A DNA stretch of 62,934 nucleotides, filler included, from Thraustochytrium aureum (taxonomy: Eukaryota), in NCBI GenBank assembly GCA_012862495.1. It is 5 parts of 3 records of this genome, joined end to end, with 100 filler letters (N's around TTAATTAATTAA, not from the genome) between each part and the next. Parts side by side here need not be neighbours in the genome. Positions count along the whole stretch, not along the records: positions 1 to 28,518 come from BLSG01000180.1; positions 28,619 to 40,894 come from BLSG01000180.1; 3 more parts are not named here. One strand, written 5' to 3'. The notes beneath the pieces are model-generated. The model made no database searches. It saw only the letters and a list, made by a program, of their open reading frames with translations, and was not told the DNA's origin. Both the position numbers and the translations under genes were made by a program. Of the stretch, positions 21,702-37,713 are shown in pieces; the stretch's first letter is position 1, and each line of letters starts with the position of its first letter.

Positions 21702-23789
21702 CTAGGCAAGCTGCCTTTGCCGCTTCGCCGGCCGCAAACTCGGGTCGTATTGGTCCTCCGCGATGCCCCGAACGGAGAAGAGTCGCGCAGCACGTTGCTC
21801 GACTGTGCCGCCGCATTTCAGGCCGCGCCTGCTCAGCTCTTCTTTGAGTTTGTCGCCGCCAAGCGCGCTCAGCTCTGCGACGGATGAAAACGACTCTAGG
21901 TCGATCGGGCCTTGACAGCTCCCCGCGCTGTCGAGGCCAGCAGCGGCGACTGCAACAGGCTGCGATGGGGCAGGCGACGGCGCCGAAGGTTGCGATGCAT
22001 GAGGCAAAGGCCTCGCAGGCTGCGACGCGTCTGCCAATTGGCTCGTGCCGCTCTTGAGACTCGCGACATCAGCTCGAGCGTCACTTTCGCTGACTTCCCG
22101 AAGGCCGCCATGGCCAGCAAGACCCTGCGCTCCCGCAAGAAGTGGCTTGTGCAGAAATTCGCGCTCCCNNNNNNNNNNNNNNNNNNNNNNNNNNNNNNNN
22201 NNNNNNNNNNNNNNNNNNNNNNNNNNNNNNNNNNNNNNNNNNNNNNNCTTTGGTGCAGCCGTCTGTCGTCGGCTCGCACTAGCGCCCTCCCCCTGCTCGT
22301 GCAGCTCTAGCGCCACTCTGTAGTCTGGGTTTGACCCTGCTCCGCCGCTTCCATCTCTCTGCTGCGCGACGGAAACCGCAGCGCCGTCGAGGGAAAAGCA
22401 CACCAGGCCTTGGCCGAGGTCCAACGTGCAACCAATCACAGCTTGCTGGGAAGGCGCAAGCCGCCGAACGCTGGCAGCAGCGACGAGCTCGTCTCGACCC
22501 TGTGCAAACACAAGTCCGCGAAAAGGGTCATAGCCCCGAGACCCGGGCCGGTCGCCAACTCCGTCATTGGTGCCTTCGTCGGGCTCAAAGTCCTCGGTTG
22601 CGCAGCCAATTTGCACAGCGCCAGCCCCGGCTTGGGCTAGAACCTCAACTTCAAAGTACCAAACCCCCTCGGTGACGGCGACAGACGGGATCCCCGCAGT
22701 CGGAAACGCGCTGTGGCCTTCGAGCTCGCCCGTCTCCCCTACACCGGCATCGCCCGCAAGGCATCGAACGTAGGCGTCATCTGGAGCCTCCTGGTCCGGC
22801 GCAGCAAGCGCGGCGCGTCTCGCGGCGGCCTCGGCAGCCTCTAACTTTGAGCGCTTGATCCCCTCTTGGATCGAGTCTGCGACCGCGGCCTGTATCTCGT
22901 GCGCTTGCTCGGCAAATCTCCGCACCACGTCCGCCTCGTGCCCGCGCTGCTCTTGGCGTTGCTCGGCGGCGAGCCGTGCCCGGCCTTCAGGGGCCAGGTC
23001 GTCTTGGCCGTGCGCGAAGCGGCACAGCCGCCCGCGCGGGCAGCCCCACCAGCTTGGTGCTCCTTGCGGCACCACGCTACCCGCTTCACGCGCGCGTTTC
23101 CAGTGTTTGCATAGCTCGAGTTTGGCGTTCTCCTCGGCGCCCCTGCTCCTCCCCTTGCCCTTAGGGATGCGGTCGGCCCAGGCTGGCACCGGGAGAAACC
23201 AGTTGCGGATTCCAGACTCGGTGTTTTCGAGCTTGCTCTTCCGCTTGTCCCAAGTCGCGCCTTGGGCGGCTGCTCGATCACGCTCCGCCTTTTCCTCCCG
23301 CCACACCCGCAACCGGATTTCGTTGTTGACGTGGCGCAAGCGCCGCCCGTTCAAGTCGCGGCAGGCGCCAAAGTCAGTCGTTGCCTTGGCGCTGTTCTTC
23401 TTGGCGGACGCTCGCAGCGCAGCGCCAAACCCGCCCTTCCCGCCGCGCAGACCGCGCTCCTTGAGCCTGAAACTGACCCATGCGCCCCACGGCACAACGT
23501 CGTTCCCTTGCATCGCCCGTTTGCTGGCGCGTCCACGATCAGCGGGGTCTTCGACCTCAACAGCCCACGCTGGCAGTCCAAGCTTGCTGGTGGCAAACAT
23601 CACCACGTCTTCGGCTCGAACGCCGCGATGCGCTTCGTCGCCGATGCCCAGGCCATGGCTCAAGCACACGGACCGCGTTCCAAACGACGCGACGATGCAC
23701 TCGCGCGTCGCCGCGCTCCCAGTCCCAGGAGGCTGGCCATCCCCATCATCAGCACCCCGCCGCACCGCGCCAGCGTCAACCTCTCCCAT
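21702..23789 (-). CDS. SDE2: SDE2 homolog (ubiquitin-like, SDE2, CCCH, SPRY, SAP)
   Basis: RGLRGG|KGGFGAALR cleavage motif, DFGACRDLNGRRLRHVN, C-terminal LGGDKLKEELSRRGLKCGGTVEQRAARLFSVRG; internal C-x22-C-x5-C-x3-H and SPRY (GVWYFEVEV, QIGCA, GVGD, VIGCTLDL, FSLDG). Confidence 0.9.
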   Translation of the reverse strand: MGEVDAGAVRRGADDGDGQPPGTGSAATRECIVASFGTRSVCLSHGLGIGDEAHRGVRAEDVVMFATSKLGLPAWAVEVEDPADRGRASKRAMQGNDVVPWGAWVSFRLKERGLRGGKGGFGAALRASAKKNSAKATTDFGACRDLNGRRLRHVNNEIRLRVWREEKAERDRAAAQGATWDKRKSKLENTESGIRNWFLPVPAWADRIPKGKGRSRGAEENAKLELCKHWKRAREAGSVVPQGAPSWWGCPRGRLCRFAHGQDDLAPEGRARLAAEQRQEQRGHEADVVRRFAEQAHEIQAAVADSIQEGIKRSKLEAAEAAARRAALAAPDQEAPDDAYVRCLAGDAGVGETGELEGHSAFPTAGIPSVAVTEGVWYFEVEVLAQAGAGAVQIGCATEDFEPDEGTNDGVGDRPGSRGYDPFRGLVFAQGRDELVAAASVRRLAPSQQAVIGCTLDLGQGLVCFSLDGAAVSVAQQRDGSGGAGSNPDYRVALELHEQGEGASASRRQTAAPKXXXXXXXXXXXXXXXXXXXXXXXXXXXEREFLHKPLLAGAQGLAGHGGLREVSESDARADVASLKSGTSQLADASQPARPLPHASQPSAPSPAPSQPVAVAAAGLDSAGSCQGPIDLESFSSVAELSALGGDKLKEELSRRGLKCGGTVEQRAARLFSVRGIAEDQYDPSLRPAKRQRQLA

Positions 23790-24600
23790 CCCGGCCGCCA
23801 GTCGAGCGCGCGTACACACAGAGCCCCCGAGCGGCACAGCCGCAGTCCCACCGCACTGCCGCCTCCCTCGGCAGCTGCCTGCGCGGCGCCGTTCGGGGTC
23901 TGCCACGAGTGCCGTTTGCGCGGCAGAGCCCTATCCATCTCCACCCATCCAATCCAATCCNNNNNNNNNNNNNNNNNNNNNNNNNNNNNNNNNNNNNNNN
24001 NNNNNNNNNNNNNNNNNNNNNNNNNNNNNNNNNNNNNNNNNNNNNNNNNNNNNNNNNNNNNNNNNNNNNNNNNNNNNNNNNNNNNNNNNNNNNNNNNNNN
24101 NNNNNNNNNNNNNNNNNNNNNNNNNNNNNNNNNNNNNNNNNNNNNNNNNNNNNNNNNNNNNNNNNNNNNNNNNNNNNNNNNNNNNNNNNNNNNNNNNNNN
24201 NNNNNNNNNNNNNNNNNNNNNNNNNNNNNNNNNNNNNNNNNNNNNNNNNNNNNNNNNNNNNNNNNNNNNNNNNNNNNNNNNNNNNNNNNNNNNNNNNNNN
24301 NNNNNNNNNNNNNNNNNNNNNNNNNNNNNNNNNNNNNNNNNNNNNNNNNNNNNNNNNNNNNNNNNNNNNNNNNNNNNNNNNNNNNNNNNNNNNNNNNNNN
24401 NNNNNNNNNNNNNNNNNNNNNNNNNNNNNNNNNNNNNNNNNNNNNNNNNNNNNNNNNNNNNNNNNNNNNNNNNNNNNNNNNNNNNNNNNNNNNNNNNNNN
24501 NNNNNNNNNNNNNNNNNNNNNNNNNNNNNNNNNNNNNNNNNNNNNNNNNNNNNNNNNNNNNNNNNNNNNNNNNNNNNNNNNNNNNNNNNNNNNNNNNNNN

Positions 24601-27142
<2,542 letters not shown>

Positions 27143-27425
27143 AGCGGGCCGGCAGTTCGCTGAGGCGGGTCGCTCATGCGCACCATTGCGCGCTGGTGGG
27201 TGTCTACGGCCAAATACCGAAGCAAAGGCATTTATCACCTTTTTATTGTTTAAAATTCTGGTGCAGGAAAAGGAAAGCGTTGTGGCGAGCGGCCCGGAGC
27301 CCTTGCACGGCGCTCTCGCGCTGCGACCAGGTGTGATTCGCTTGGGCAAGCGGGAGCAATTGCTGATCTACAAGCCCTAGCTACTAAAGAGCCAGCGCGT
27401 CGCGCGCCCGTGGCAGGGCGCGCGC

Positions 27426-28304
27426 CTAGCGGAGGTCGTCCTCGTCGTTCGCCGACGTCGAGATCGAGTTCTTGACGCGGATCAAAATCGAGGTCTCCCA
27501 CGGGTCAAGGCGGCGCACCGAGTCGTAACTGTACAAGACATCGGCAAACTTGTCCACGTCGAAATCCTCGCAGGCCTGAACCAGGTTTTCAAGCAGCTTG
27601 CACTCGCTGCTGTCCCGGAAAGAAAAGTCGAGGTCGGAGTACCGGTTCACGGCGTTCCGGGCCGCGACCAGGTCGTTGCGCGCGAGCGCACAAAACCCGG
27701 CATGCAAAAAGTGCTTTTTGGCATTGAACTTGAGCAGGTTGCTCTCGAGCGAGTCGGTGCCGAGCTTCTCAAAGACCTTGAGCGCCTTGTCGTAGTCCGC
27801 GAGTGTGGCGCTGTGCAGGGCGACCTTCTCGAGGCTCTTGCCCGCGCGGGCGTGCGAGTTCTCGCCCGCGTAGTAGTCCGCAGCTTGTTGGAAGTACGTG
27901 ACGGCCTCGCGCAGGTTGTTGTCCTTCTCGTACATGTCGGCCACGGCCTCGCAGTGCTTGGCTGCAGTCCCAAACCGGCCCAGCTCGCTCAGAAGCGAGA
28001 TGGCCTCGCGGTAGTGCCTGACGGCCTTGGCGGGGTCTATGCGGGAGTACATTTCGGCGGCCAGAACGTGGTTGGACGCAGCGTCAAACTGGGAGCTCGC
28101 CTTGACGCTGAGCTCGGCGCACTTGACGAAGCAGTCGCCTGCCATCTCCCAGTTCTTCGCAATCTTAAAATTGTTCGCGGCCTTGCTGTACAGCTCCTTG
28201 GCGTCCTCGTACTTTGACGACGACGAAAACCAGCTCCATTTGTTCAGCGCGGCCTCCGCCTGCACCATAAGTTCTCTGCCGCGCTTCTCCTCCGGCTTCT
28301 CCAT
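27426..28304 (-). CDS. NAPA: Alpha-soluble NSF attachment protein (Sec17/alpha-SNAP)
   Basis: 292 aa; SSKYEDAKELYSKAANNFKIAKNW, GRFGTAAK, NLLKFNAK, LDPWETSILIRVK, C-terminal EDDLR. Confidence 0.95.
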   Translation of the reverse strand: MEKPEEKRGRELMVQAEAALNKWSWFSSSSKYEDAKELYSKAANNFKIAKNWEMAGDCFVKCAELSVKASSQFDAASNHVLAAEMYSRIDPAKAVRHYREAISLLSELGRFGTAAKHCEAVADMYEKDNNLREAVTYFQQAADYYAGENSHARAGKSLEKVALHSATLADYDKALKVFEKLGTDSLESNLLKFNAKKHFLHAGFCALARNDLVAARNAVNRYSDLDFSFRDSSECKLLENLVQACEDFDVDKFADVLYSYDSVRRLDPWETSILIRVKNSISTSANDEDDLR

Positions 28305-28562
28305 AGTCGCTCACCGTCCGAGGCCGCGTGCCAGCTAGCCAGCCAGCCTGGTCCGGGGCCGTGCAGCCGCTCAACGCCAACGAAGGGTTCGCGCAACTCG
28401 CGGCGTCTGTGCTCCTCCGCCTCTGCGCTCCTGCCTGCCTGCCTGCCTGCCTGCCTGCTCGTGCTCCTGCAGCTGCTCGTGCTCGTTGCGGGTCTGCCAG
28501 TGTGACACTTTGTCACTTNNNNNNNNNNNNNNNNNNNNNNNNNNNNNNNNNNNNNNNNNNNN

Positions 28563-28574
28563 TTAATTAATTAA
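28563..28574. other. Artificial scaffold linker (six-frame stop TTAATTAATTAA within N runs)
   Basis: Identical 12-mer flanked by about 44 N on each side; recurs four times in the window. Confidence 0.95.
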
Positions 28575-28618
28575 NNNNNNNNNNNNNNNNNNNNNNNNNN
28601 NNNNNNNNNNNNNNNNNN

Positions 28619-31600
28619 GGTCCTGTCGTCTGTGACGATCGAAAAGCAAAGACCAACGTTCGGCTTGGTGGCCAAGCTGGCCGCTGCAAGCTTAAAAGTC
28701 TCAGTCTCCAAGCCAACGAAGATGCGCGAGGTTGGGCCCAGAACGACTGGCTTGTCCACTCGAGACTTGTCTGCCATGGACAACTTGCGCCCTGACAGCG
28801 CGGCCTTGTGCATATGCAGCGTGTACGTCGTCGGAGCCGAGGAGGAAAGCGCGCTCTTGTCGAGGTAAAAGTAGCGCCAGCGGCCCTTCTTCCCCGTGCG
28901 CGGGTACTTGAGCAGATTGATGCCGGATGTGGAGAGCCTTTGCTTGAACGCGCAAACCTCCTCAAAGAGCAACTTTTGCTCCTTCTCCTGGAGCCGAACC
29001 TCCGCCATGCGAAGGTTGGCCTCTGTCAGCTCGCGCTCAGAGCGGGCCTGGGTGAGCTTATCCTTAAGCTTGGACACCTGGTCTTGCGCCTTTGAGATTT
29101 GCTGCTCGAGGTCTGCTTCCTCAATCTGAAACAGGGAGGCGTAGCGCTCGACTTCACGCTGCCGCAGCTCCTTCTCCTCCACGAGCTGGCGGCGGAGCGA
29201 GAGCTGCTCGTCGGCCAGTTTGTGCCGCTCCGTGATGTGCTCCATCTCTTGCGCGCGGAGCTTGTTGGCACTCTCTTCGCGGATCGATGCAATCTGGGCC
29301 TCTTGCTGCTTGACGAGGTCGGCGACAAGCTCCTTGGTCTTGCGTCGCGCCTCGAGCTCGCCCATGCAGGACTCTTTTGGCCTTTTTCGCCGCGGCAGCC
29401 AGCTTGGCCTCAGTGGCAGCGGCTGCGGCTTCCGTTGATGCCTCCCACTGCTCGCGCTCGTGAGCGTGGTGCGATTCCATGAGCTCCTTGTCCTGCTGCA
29501 GCGACTCCAAGGCGGCGCGCTCCGCGGCAAGGTCGTCGCGAAGGCCTTGCGCGGTCAATGCCGCTTCGTGCAGCTCCGCGGTTTGGGCCTCTATTGTCGC
29601 AGCCTGCGATGCAATTTGACTATCGAGCTCCGCCTCGCGCGCCCCGGCCGCGCATTCGCTGTTTGCCTTGGCCTCGGCGGCCTCCTCGAGCTGCTTCTCA
29701 AAGTGTGCGGTCTTAAGCTCCAGCTCCTGTGCGAGTTGCTCAATCTCCGCCTGTCGCTCCTCGGACAGGGTTGTCTTGGCCGCCAGGTCGAGGGCAAGCG
29801 CGTCCCGCTCGTCGCCGAGCTCCTTCACAGAGATCTCGAGCTGGTCGATCCTGCTCCGCGCGGCCTCGAGATCGGCGACAAGCGCATCGATCTTGTCCTG
29901 GCGTTCTTGTGAGGTGGCTTCGCTCGCTTCCAACTTGGCCTGCGTCTCGGCGCAAAGCGTCTGGGAATCGCGCAGCTCCTCGCAGGTCTTCGCCAGCTGG
30001 TCCTCGAGCTGGGCGACGGTTGTTCGTGCGTCTTCGAGCTCGCTGTTGCGCTCGTCGAGGTCTGCGCTCGTCTTTTCGAGGTCTTGCTTGAGCCTTATCG
30101 AGCAGCGCCTTTGTATCTTCCAGCTCGCCAGAGGTCGCCTCCAGCTTGGCCTGCGAGTCCTCGAAGGCGGTCACTTGGGCGGCAAGATCCTCCGCAGTTT
30201 TTTGCAGCTCTTCCTTGGTTGCTCCGAGCTCAGTGATTGTCTCTGAAAGCTCTTGCTGAGTCCTCGCAAGCTCTGCATTGGTCTGCTCGAGGTCGAGCAC
30301 GCGCGCTTCTAGAGTCTCTTTGGTACCTTGCAGCTCCTGCTGCCTTGACTCGAGGGTCTCGGTGCGTTCCCGCAGGTCCTCCTGCGTGCTCGCGAGCGTC
30401 GCGCTGCGCTCCTCTAGCGCAGACTCGGTCTCGCGCAGCTTGCCGGCTATCTCATCCCGCTCCGCAGTTCGCTCGTCGAGGGAGCGCTCGGTGTCTTGGA
30501 GCCTGGCAGCCGTGTGGGCCTGCTCTTCGGTCTTGCTCGCCAGCGAGGACTCGCGTTCCGCAAGGGTCTCTTTCGTCTCGCCGAGCTCCGCCTGGACCGC
30601 CTCGAGCTCTTCGGTCGTCAACTTGTGGCAACGTTGGCTCTCTGCGAGCTCGGCACTCGTGCTCTCCAGCGCCGACTTCGTCTCCTCAAGTAGAGCCTTT
30701 GTCGCTTCAAGGTCGCTGCTGCAGTCGTCGAGCTTGCCCTGCGTCTCTTTGTGCGTGGCCTCTTCTTCTTCGAGCCGGCTCACCGTAGCCTCGAGCGATT
30801 CCTTTGTGCTCTGCAAGGCCGCCTTGGTCGACTCGAGCGCCGCGCTGCGTTCGGCAAGCGCAGACGCAGTCGCTTCCAGCGAGCTCTGCGTTGATTCCAG
30901 CGAGCTCTGCGTGCTCTCCAGGTCTGCACTGCGCGTTGCAAGTTGCNNNNNNNNNNNNNNNNNNNNNNNNNNNNNNNNNNNNNNNNNNNNNNNNNNNNNN
31001 NNNNNNNNNNNNNNNNNNNNNNNNNNNNNNNNNNNNNNNNNNNNNNNNNNNNNNNNNNNCTCCAGGTCTGCACTGCGCGTTGCAAGTTGCTCGGCGGTGG
31101 CTTTGTGGTTGGCTTCCTCGTCCTCAAGGCGCGCGCTCGTCTCTGCGAGATCGGCCTTCGTGGCGTCTAATGAGGTGGCCGTCTCGGCCAGCTCCGACTC
31201 GCGCAGCTCAAGCTTGGTTGCCGTTGCCTCGAGCTCTCCTTTCGTCTCTGCGAGCTTCTCCTCCGTATCGACAAGCGACCCTTTGGTCCCAGCAAGCGCT
31301 TCTTGCGTTTCGCTGAGCTCAGCCTGCGTCTGGGCGAGGCCGGCCTTGGTCTCCTCGAGCGACTCGTTGGTTCCAGCGAGCGTCGACACAGTGCTCTCCA
31401 GTTCGCTGCGCGTTTTGCTCAGTTCATCGTTTCGCGTCTCTAGGTTGGCGGTTGTCTCTTCCAGCTCAACACGTGTGACTTCAAGCTCCGTGGTTCGCGC
31501 GCTGAGCTCGGCGTCCCTGTACTCGAGCTCCTTCTTCGTCTTCTCATGGCTCGCGCGCGCGTCCTCCAGCTCGCGAATGATCTGCTCGAGGTCGGCCTCC

Positions 31601-33896
31601 GTGCTAGCGAGCGTGGTCTTGGTTCCTTGGAGCTCTGCTTGGGTCGACTCAACCAGCGCCTTGGCTGAGGCTAGCTCAGCCCGCGTCGCATCGAGGTCTT
31701 CCTCGGTGGCTTTGTGCTCCGCGCTCAACGCCTCGTGAGCCGCCCTAGACTCAGCGAGCTTGTCGCTCAAGTCTGCGGAGACGCGGCGCGACTCTGCCAA
31801 GTCCTCTTCGGAGGTCTTGAGCGATGCCTGTGTGGAATTGAGTTCTTCGCGCAGTTTCGTGAGGCTCTCTTCTCGCACGGCTAGCGTCGCTTTTGCTTGC
31901 TCCAAGAATGCCTCGAGCTCTGCCACATTGGTGGTGAGCTGGTCGCGTGACGCCTCGAGATCTGTGATTTGCTCACGCGCCGCTTGCAGAGCAGCCTCGG
32001 CGGCCTTGTGCTCGGCCTCCTTGGCCGCGAGAGACTCTTTTGTGCTCTCCAGGGAAGCAGAGCGCTCTTTTAGCGCAGCTTGCTCCTCCCGCAGTGACGC
32101 TGTGCGCTCGGCCAGATCGCGCTCTGTGCTTGCGAGCGTCTCGGCGCTGGCTTTGAGCTTTGCCTCGAGATCCGCAACCGATTCGGTGGCCTCCTGGAGC
32201 TCGGCGGACCTCGTCGCGAGCAGGTCGCGCTGCTCCGCCAGCTCTTCTGAGCAGGAATCCAGCTTTTCCCGGTCGACTCGAGCTGAGAGGTCAGCTCGTC
32301 GATTCGCTCTTGGCGATGGCGGAGCTCGCTTTCGATTCTCTTTTTGTTTTCGATGTTGGCGATTTCGACGGCTCGCTTTTGCTGCTGGAGCTCCTCGTTC
32401 ACGTTCATCATCGCGTTGCTCGTTTCGGTTTGGATGGCGAGGTGCTCGCGCAGGAGCTCGATTTCTGTGCGCAGCTCGTCGATCACGGCGTTGTTCGCGT
32501 CCCGGTTAATCACCGCGCGGTTGACCACCAGGGAGCACTGCTGCGCGTACCGCAGCGTCGTCAGGCTCTCGTCAAAGTTGAAGCTGGCCGGGCTAATCGT
32601 AGCCAGCATCGTCGTGCGCGAGTTCCCGCCTAGGCTCGGCTTGAGGAGCCAGGTCAGGGTCGAGTCGCGATAAGGGATCACGGTTGGGTTGCACGCTGTG
32701 GGGATTGCCTTCGATGGGGTCACGTTTGCAACCGAGAGGGAATTCTCGGGGTCTTCCTTTTCTGGGGCGGGCGGCACTGGCGTCTCCTCGGCGAGGCTTT
32801 TTTGGCCAAGGGCGTTAATGACGCGCCCAAGAGTGTGCAGCGAGCGGTTGATGTTGGCCGCCTCCTTGAGGTGCTTGCCGACCACCCCGCTTGAGGAGAC
32901 GCGCTCAGACCCAGCGAGATCGACGAGGTTGATCTTGGAGACGGTGTCTGTCGCGCTGCAGAGGTCGGAGGCGATCTTGGTCTGCGTGAAGACGAGGGTG
33001 AAGATTGCATGACTGCGGCTTGACTTGGTGTTCATGTTGGTGCAGGCCACCGTGCGCGCCTTTGAGCCAATCGACATCATGCGCTTGATGTCGTCGAGCG
33101 AGCTAATCGGCACGCTCGTCAGGTCGACGACGTAGGGGCCCATCTTGGGGTGCTCGCGGACGCGCAGGTTGCTCTTGTCCTGGTTCTTGTCCTGGTTGAG
33201 CAAGTCGATGCACTTTTCATTATAGATTTCCAGGTACGATGCCTCAAGGCTGTACCGGGTCGATGCTGCTCGCGAGAGGGCTGTGTTCTCGTTCGCATTA
33301 GCTGGGTTTTCCCCGAGGACGTCCACGAGGGCGGAGCAAATCCGCGGGATGAGGCCAGCTTGCTCGGGCGGCTCGTCCTGTCCGAGCATTGTGTGTGTTT
33401 TGCCGCTGCCTGTTTGCCCGTACGCGAAGACGCTGGCGTTGTAGCCCGCAAAAGCGTTTTCCAGAACGCCGCGGCCAATGTCCTCGAAGACATGTTCCTG
33501 TTCGCTGTCGTCGCCATAGCAAAAGTCAAACGAAAAGGATTTAGCGCCCATGCGCCGGCGCGACTCGGTCCGGTTTGGAGTGCCGGCGTGAACGGTGGGG
33601 GAGGCGCACTCGGACTCGCGCCGCGTGGTCTGCGTCCCACGGATGGTAATGTTGTTGCCTTCGATCTCGACGCATTGGAAGGCGCCTTTCTCCTCCTCCT
33701 TTTGGCTGATAGGGCGGCATCGAACAGCGACCTTGACAGAGTTCTCCCCAACGTTGGTTGCAACTACCTTCTTGCGCACCTTGCTGCTGCCTCCGTGGTT
33801 AACGCTGAGCGGCGTTCCGGGCGTGCCTGGGGCAGTGCTTGGCGCAAGGGCCGGCGCGGTGGCCTTGCCAACCATGTTTTTCACCAAGCCAAACAT
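28619..33896 (-). CDS. Giant kinesin-3-like motor with very long coiled-coil stalk and C-terminal PH-like domain; several frameshifts, 3' end cut by scaffold end
   Basis: VKVAVRCRP, FSFDFCY, GQTGSGKT, LRVREHPKMGPYV, SSRSHAIF, LVDLAGSER, PYRDSTLTWLLK; E/A/L/T/S heptad repeats across ORFs 29740-31926, 29154-29933 and 28571-29530; GINLLKYPRTGKKGRWRYFYL. Confidence 0.88.
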
Positions 33897-35464
33897 TGCG
33901 CTTTCTCCCACGCCCCCGCGCTCCCGCGCTCCTGCGGCGCAGCGGTCTGGTCTTGCCGCCAAGGCGGCTGCAAGAGCTGCTTCCTGCTCTGGTCCGACGA
34001 TTCTCAAGCCGCGCCCGCCGCTGAGGAGCGCCGCTCTGGCGTCCTCGACACTATGATTGCCGATCAGGCCGCGCGTCCCGCGCCGCAGTCCTTACGACAC
34101 TGCCGACGCACTGCGCAGCTCGCAGATAGTCTGGGCGATGTGGATGCCAGCGCGCACAATAACTAGGAGGAAGCTGGGCCCGGGCGGAATTGGCCCTCGG
34201 TCCTCCTTCCATCGTGCATCACTAGCACCCTTGCAAAGCACTTGCGCACCAAAGCTCCGCACGAATGTCTGCTTCGGAAAGGAGTGCGTGATGTATCGGT
34301 CGTCTTCTGCCCAACTTGGGCCGGAAATGTGCGACGAGAAGGCTGACGGGGTGGGGCGATGGGGGGTCCGAAACTGCGGCAACCCACATCATGTGACTCA
34401 CCGCCGAAGATCGTCTGCGAAACTGAGCTAGCCTATTCAGCAAGTCGATGGACGTGGATGGGTTTGTTGTGCCAAGCGGTAAGCGAGCGGCCAGCGCACG
34501 CGCGCGACAGAGAGCGCCGCGCGCTGGAGCAGGTTCGCACGGCCCTCTGCCGCGTCCTTGCAGATTGCAGATAGCCCAGCGACCACAGCGATCCAAGCAA
34601 GCTGTAGCTCTAGCTATCTCTCCTGATACAGAGAGGCCTTTCTCGCGGCGTTCGCCCGCGCGTTGCGTCGAGAATCACGGCACGGCGCTAGTCTCAGGCA
34701 CTCGAGCCAACTCGACGAGCGTGCGCAAGACAGGAAGGCGGGAGAACGGCTGAAAAAAAAGTCGGGCCTGTCGTTCAGAAGAAGGAGAAGAAAACACAAG
34801 AGCAGCCGCTGTCTGGCCCATCGAGTAACAGCTTTCTTTCTGCATCCGACCGCCTCTGCGAGCGTTTCGAGGCGGTCTCTCGCGCGTCAAACTGCGATGC
34901 GTGACAGCGCCGAGACACGACCCACCCACAAACGCCGGCGCCAGGGCCATGCCCTTCGCGTGGGCGATCGAACGGGGAGCATTTACGCACAAGAAGTTTC
35001 GCTCTCCGGGCCGCGCGTGACTCGGCGAGGGACGCTGCTGGNNNNNNNNNNNNNNNNNNNNNNNNNNNNNNNNNNNNNNNNNNNNNNNNNNNNNNNNNNN
35101 NNNNNNNNNNNNNNNNNNNNNNNNNNNNNNNNNNNNNNNNNNNNNNNNNNNNNNNNNNNNNNNNNNNNNNNNNNNNNNNNNNNNNNNNNNNNNNNNNNNN
35201 NNNNNNNNNNNNNNNNNNNNNNNNNNNNNNNNNNNNNNNNNNNNNNNNNNNNNNNNNNNNNNNNNNNNNNNNNNNNNNNNNNNNNNNNNNNNNNNNNNNN
35301 NNNNNNNNNNNNNNNNNNNNNNNNNNNNNNNNNNNNNNNNNNNNNNNNNNNNNNNNNNNNNNNNNNNNNNNNNNNNNNNNNNNNNNNNNNNNNNNNNNNN
35401 NNNNNNNNNNNNNNNNNNNNNNNNNNNNNNNNNNNNNNNNNNNNNNNNNNNNNNNNNNNNNNNN

Positions 35465-37450
<1,986 letters not shown>

Positions 37451-37713
37451 GCGTCGTTTGCGCACCGCCACTGTATCTCGTAGCTAGTAGTTCTCGCGCT
37501 TGTTGTCGCAACGAAATCAACTATACCTCAATCTCACGCCTGACCTTGCCGCTGCGGCGGCTCCTCAAGCACGACGCCAAACCTCGGGTAGGGTTTCACG
37601 TGCCCGTCGGTATTCGCAGCGCGCAACCTCGCCCAGGTCAGCTGCGTAACTCCCCCTTCTCGCGCCATTACATATTGTACTCCGACACAGAAAAGGATGG
37701 CGAAGCATCGTGC

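Noticed and set aside
30916..31090. Identical 31-bp sequence on both sides of the gap as an insertion target-site duplication
   Set aside because: It encodes the QLATRSADLE coiled-coil repeat. The gap is an unresolved internal coding repeat.
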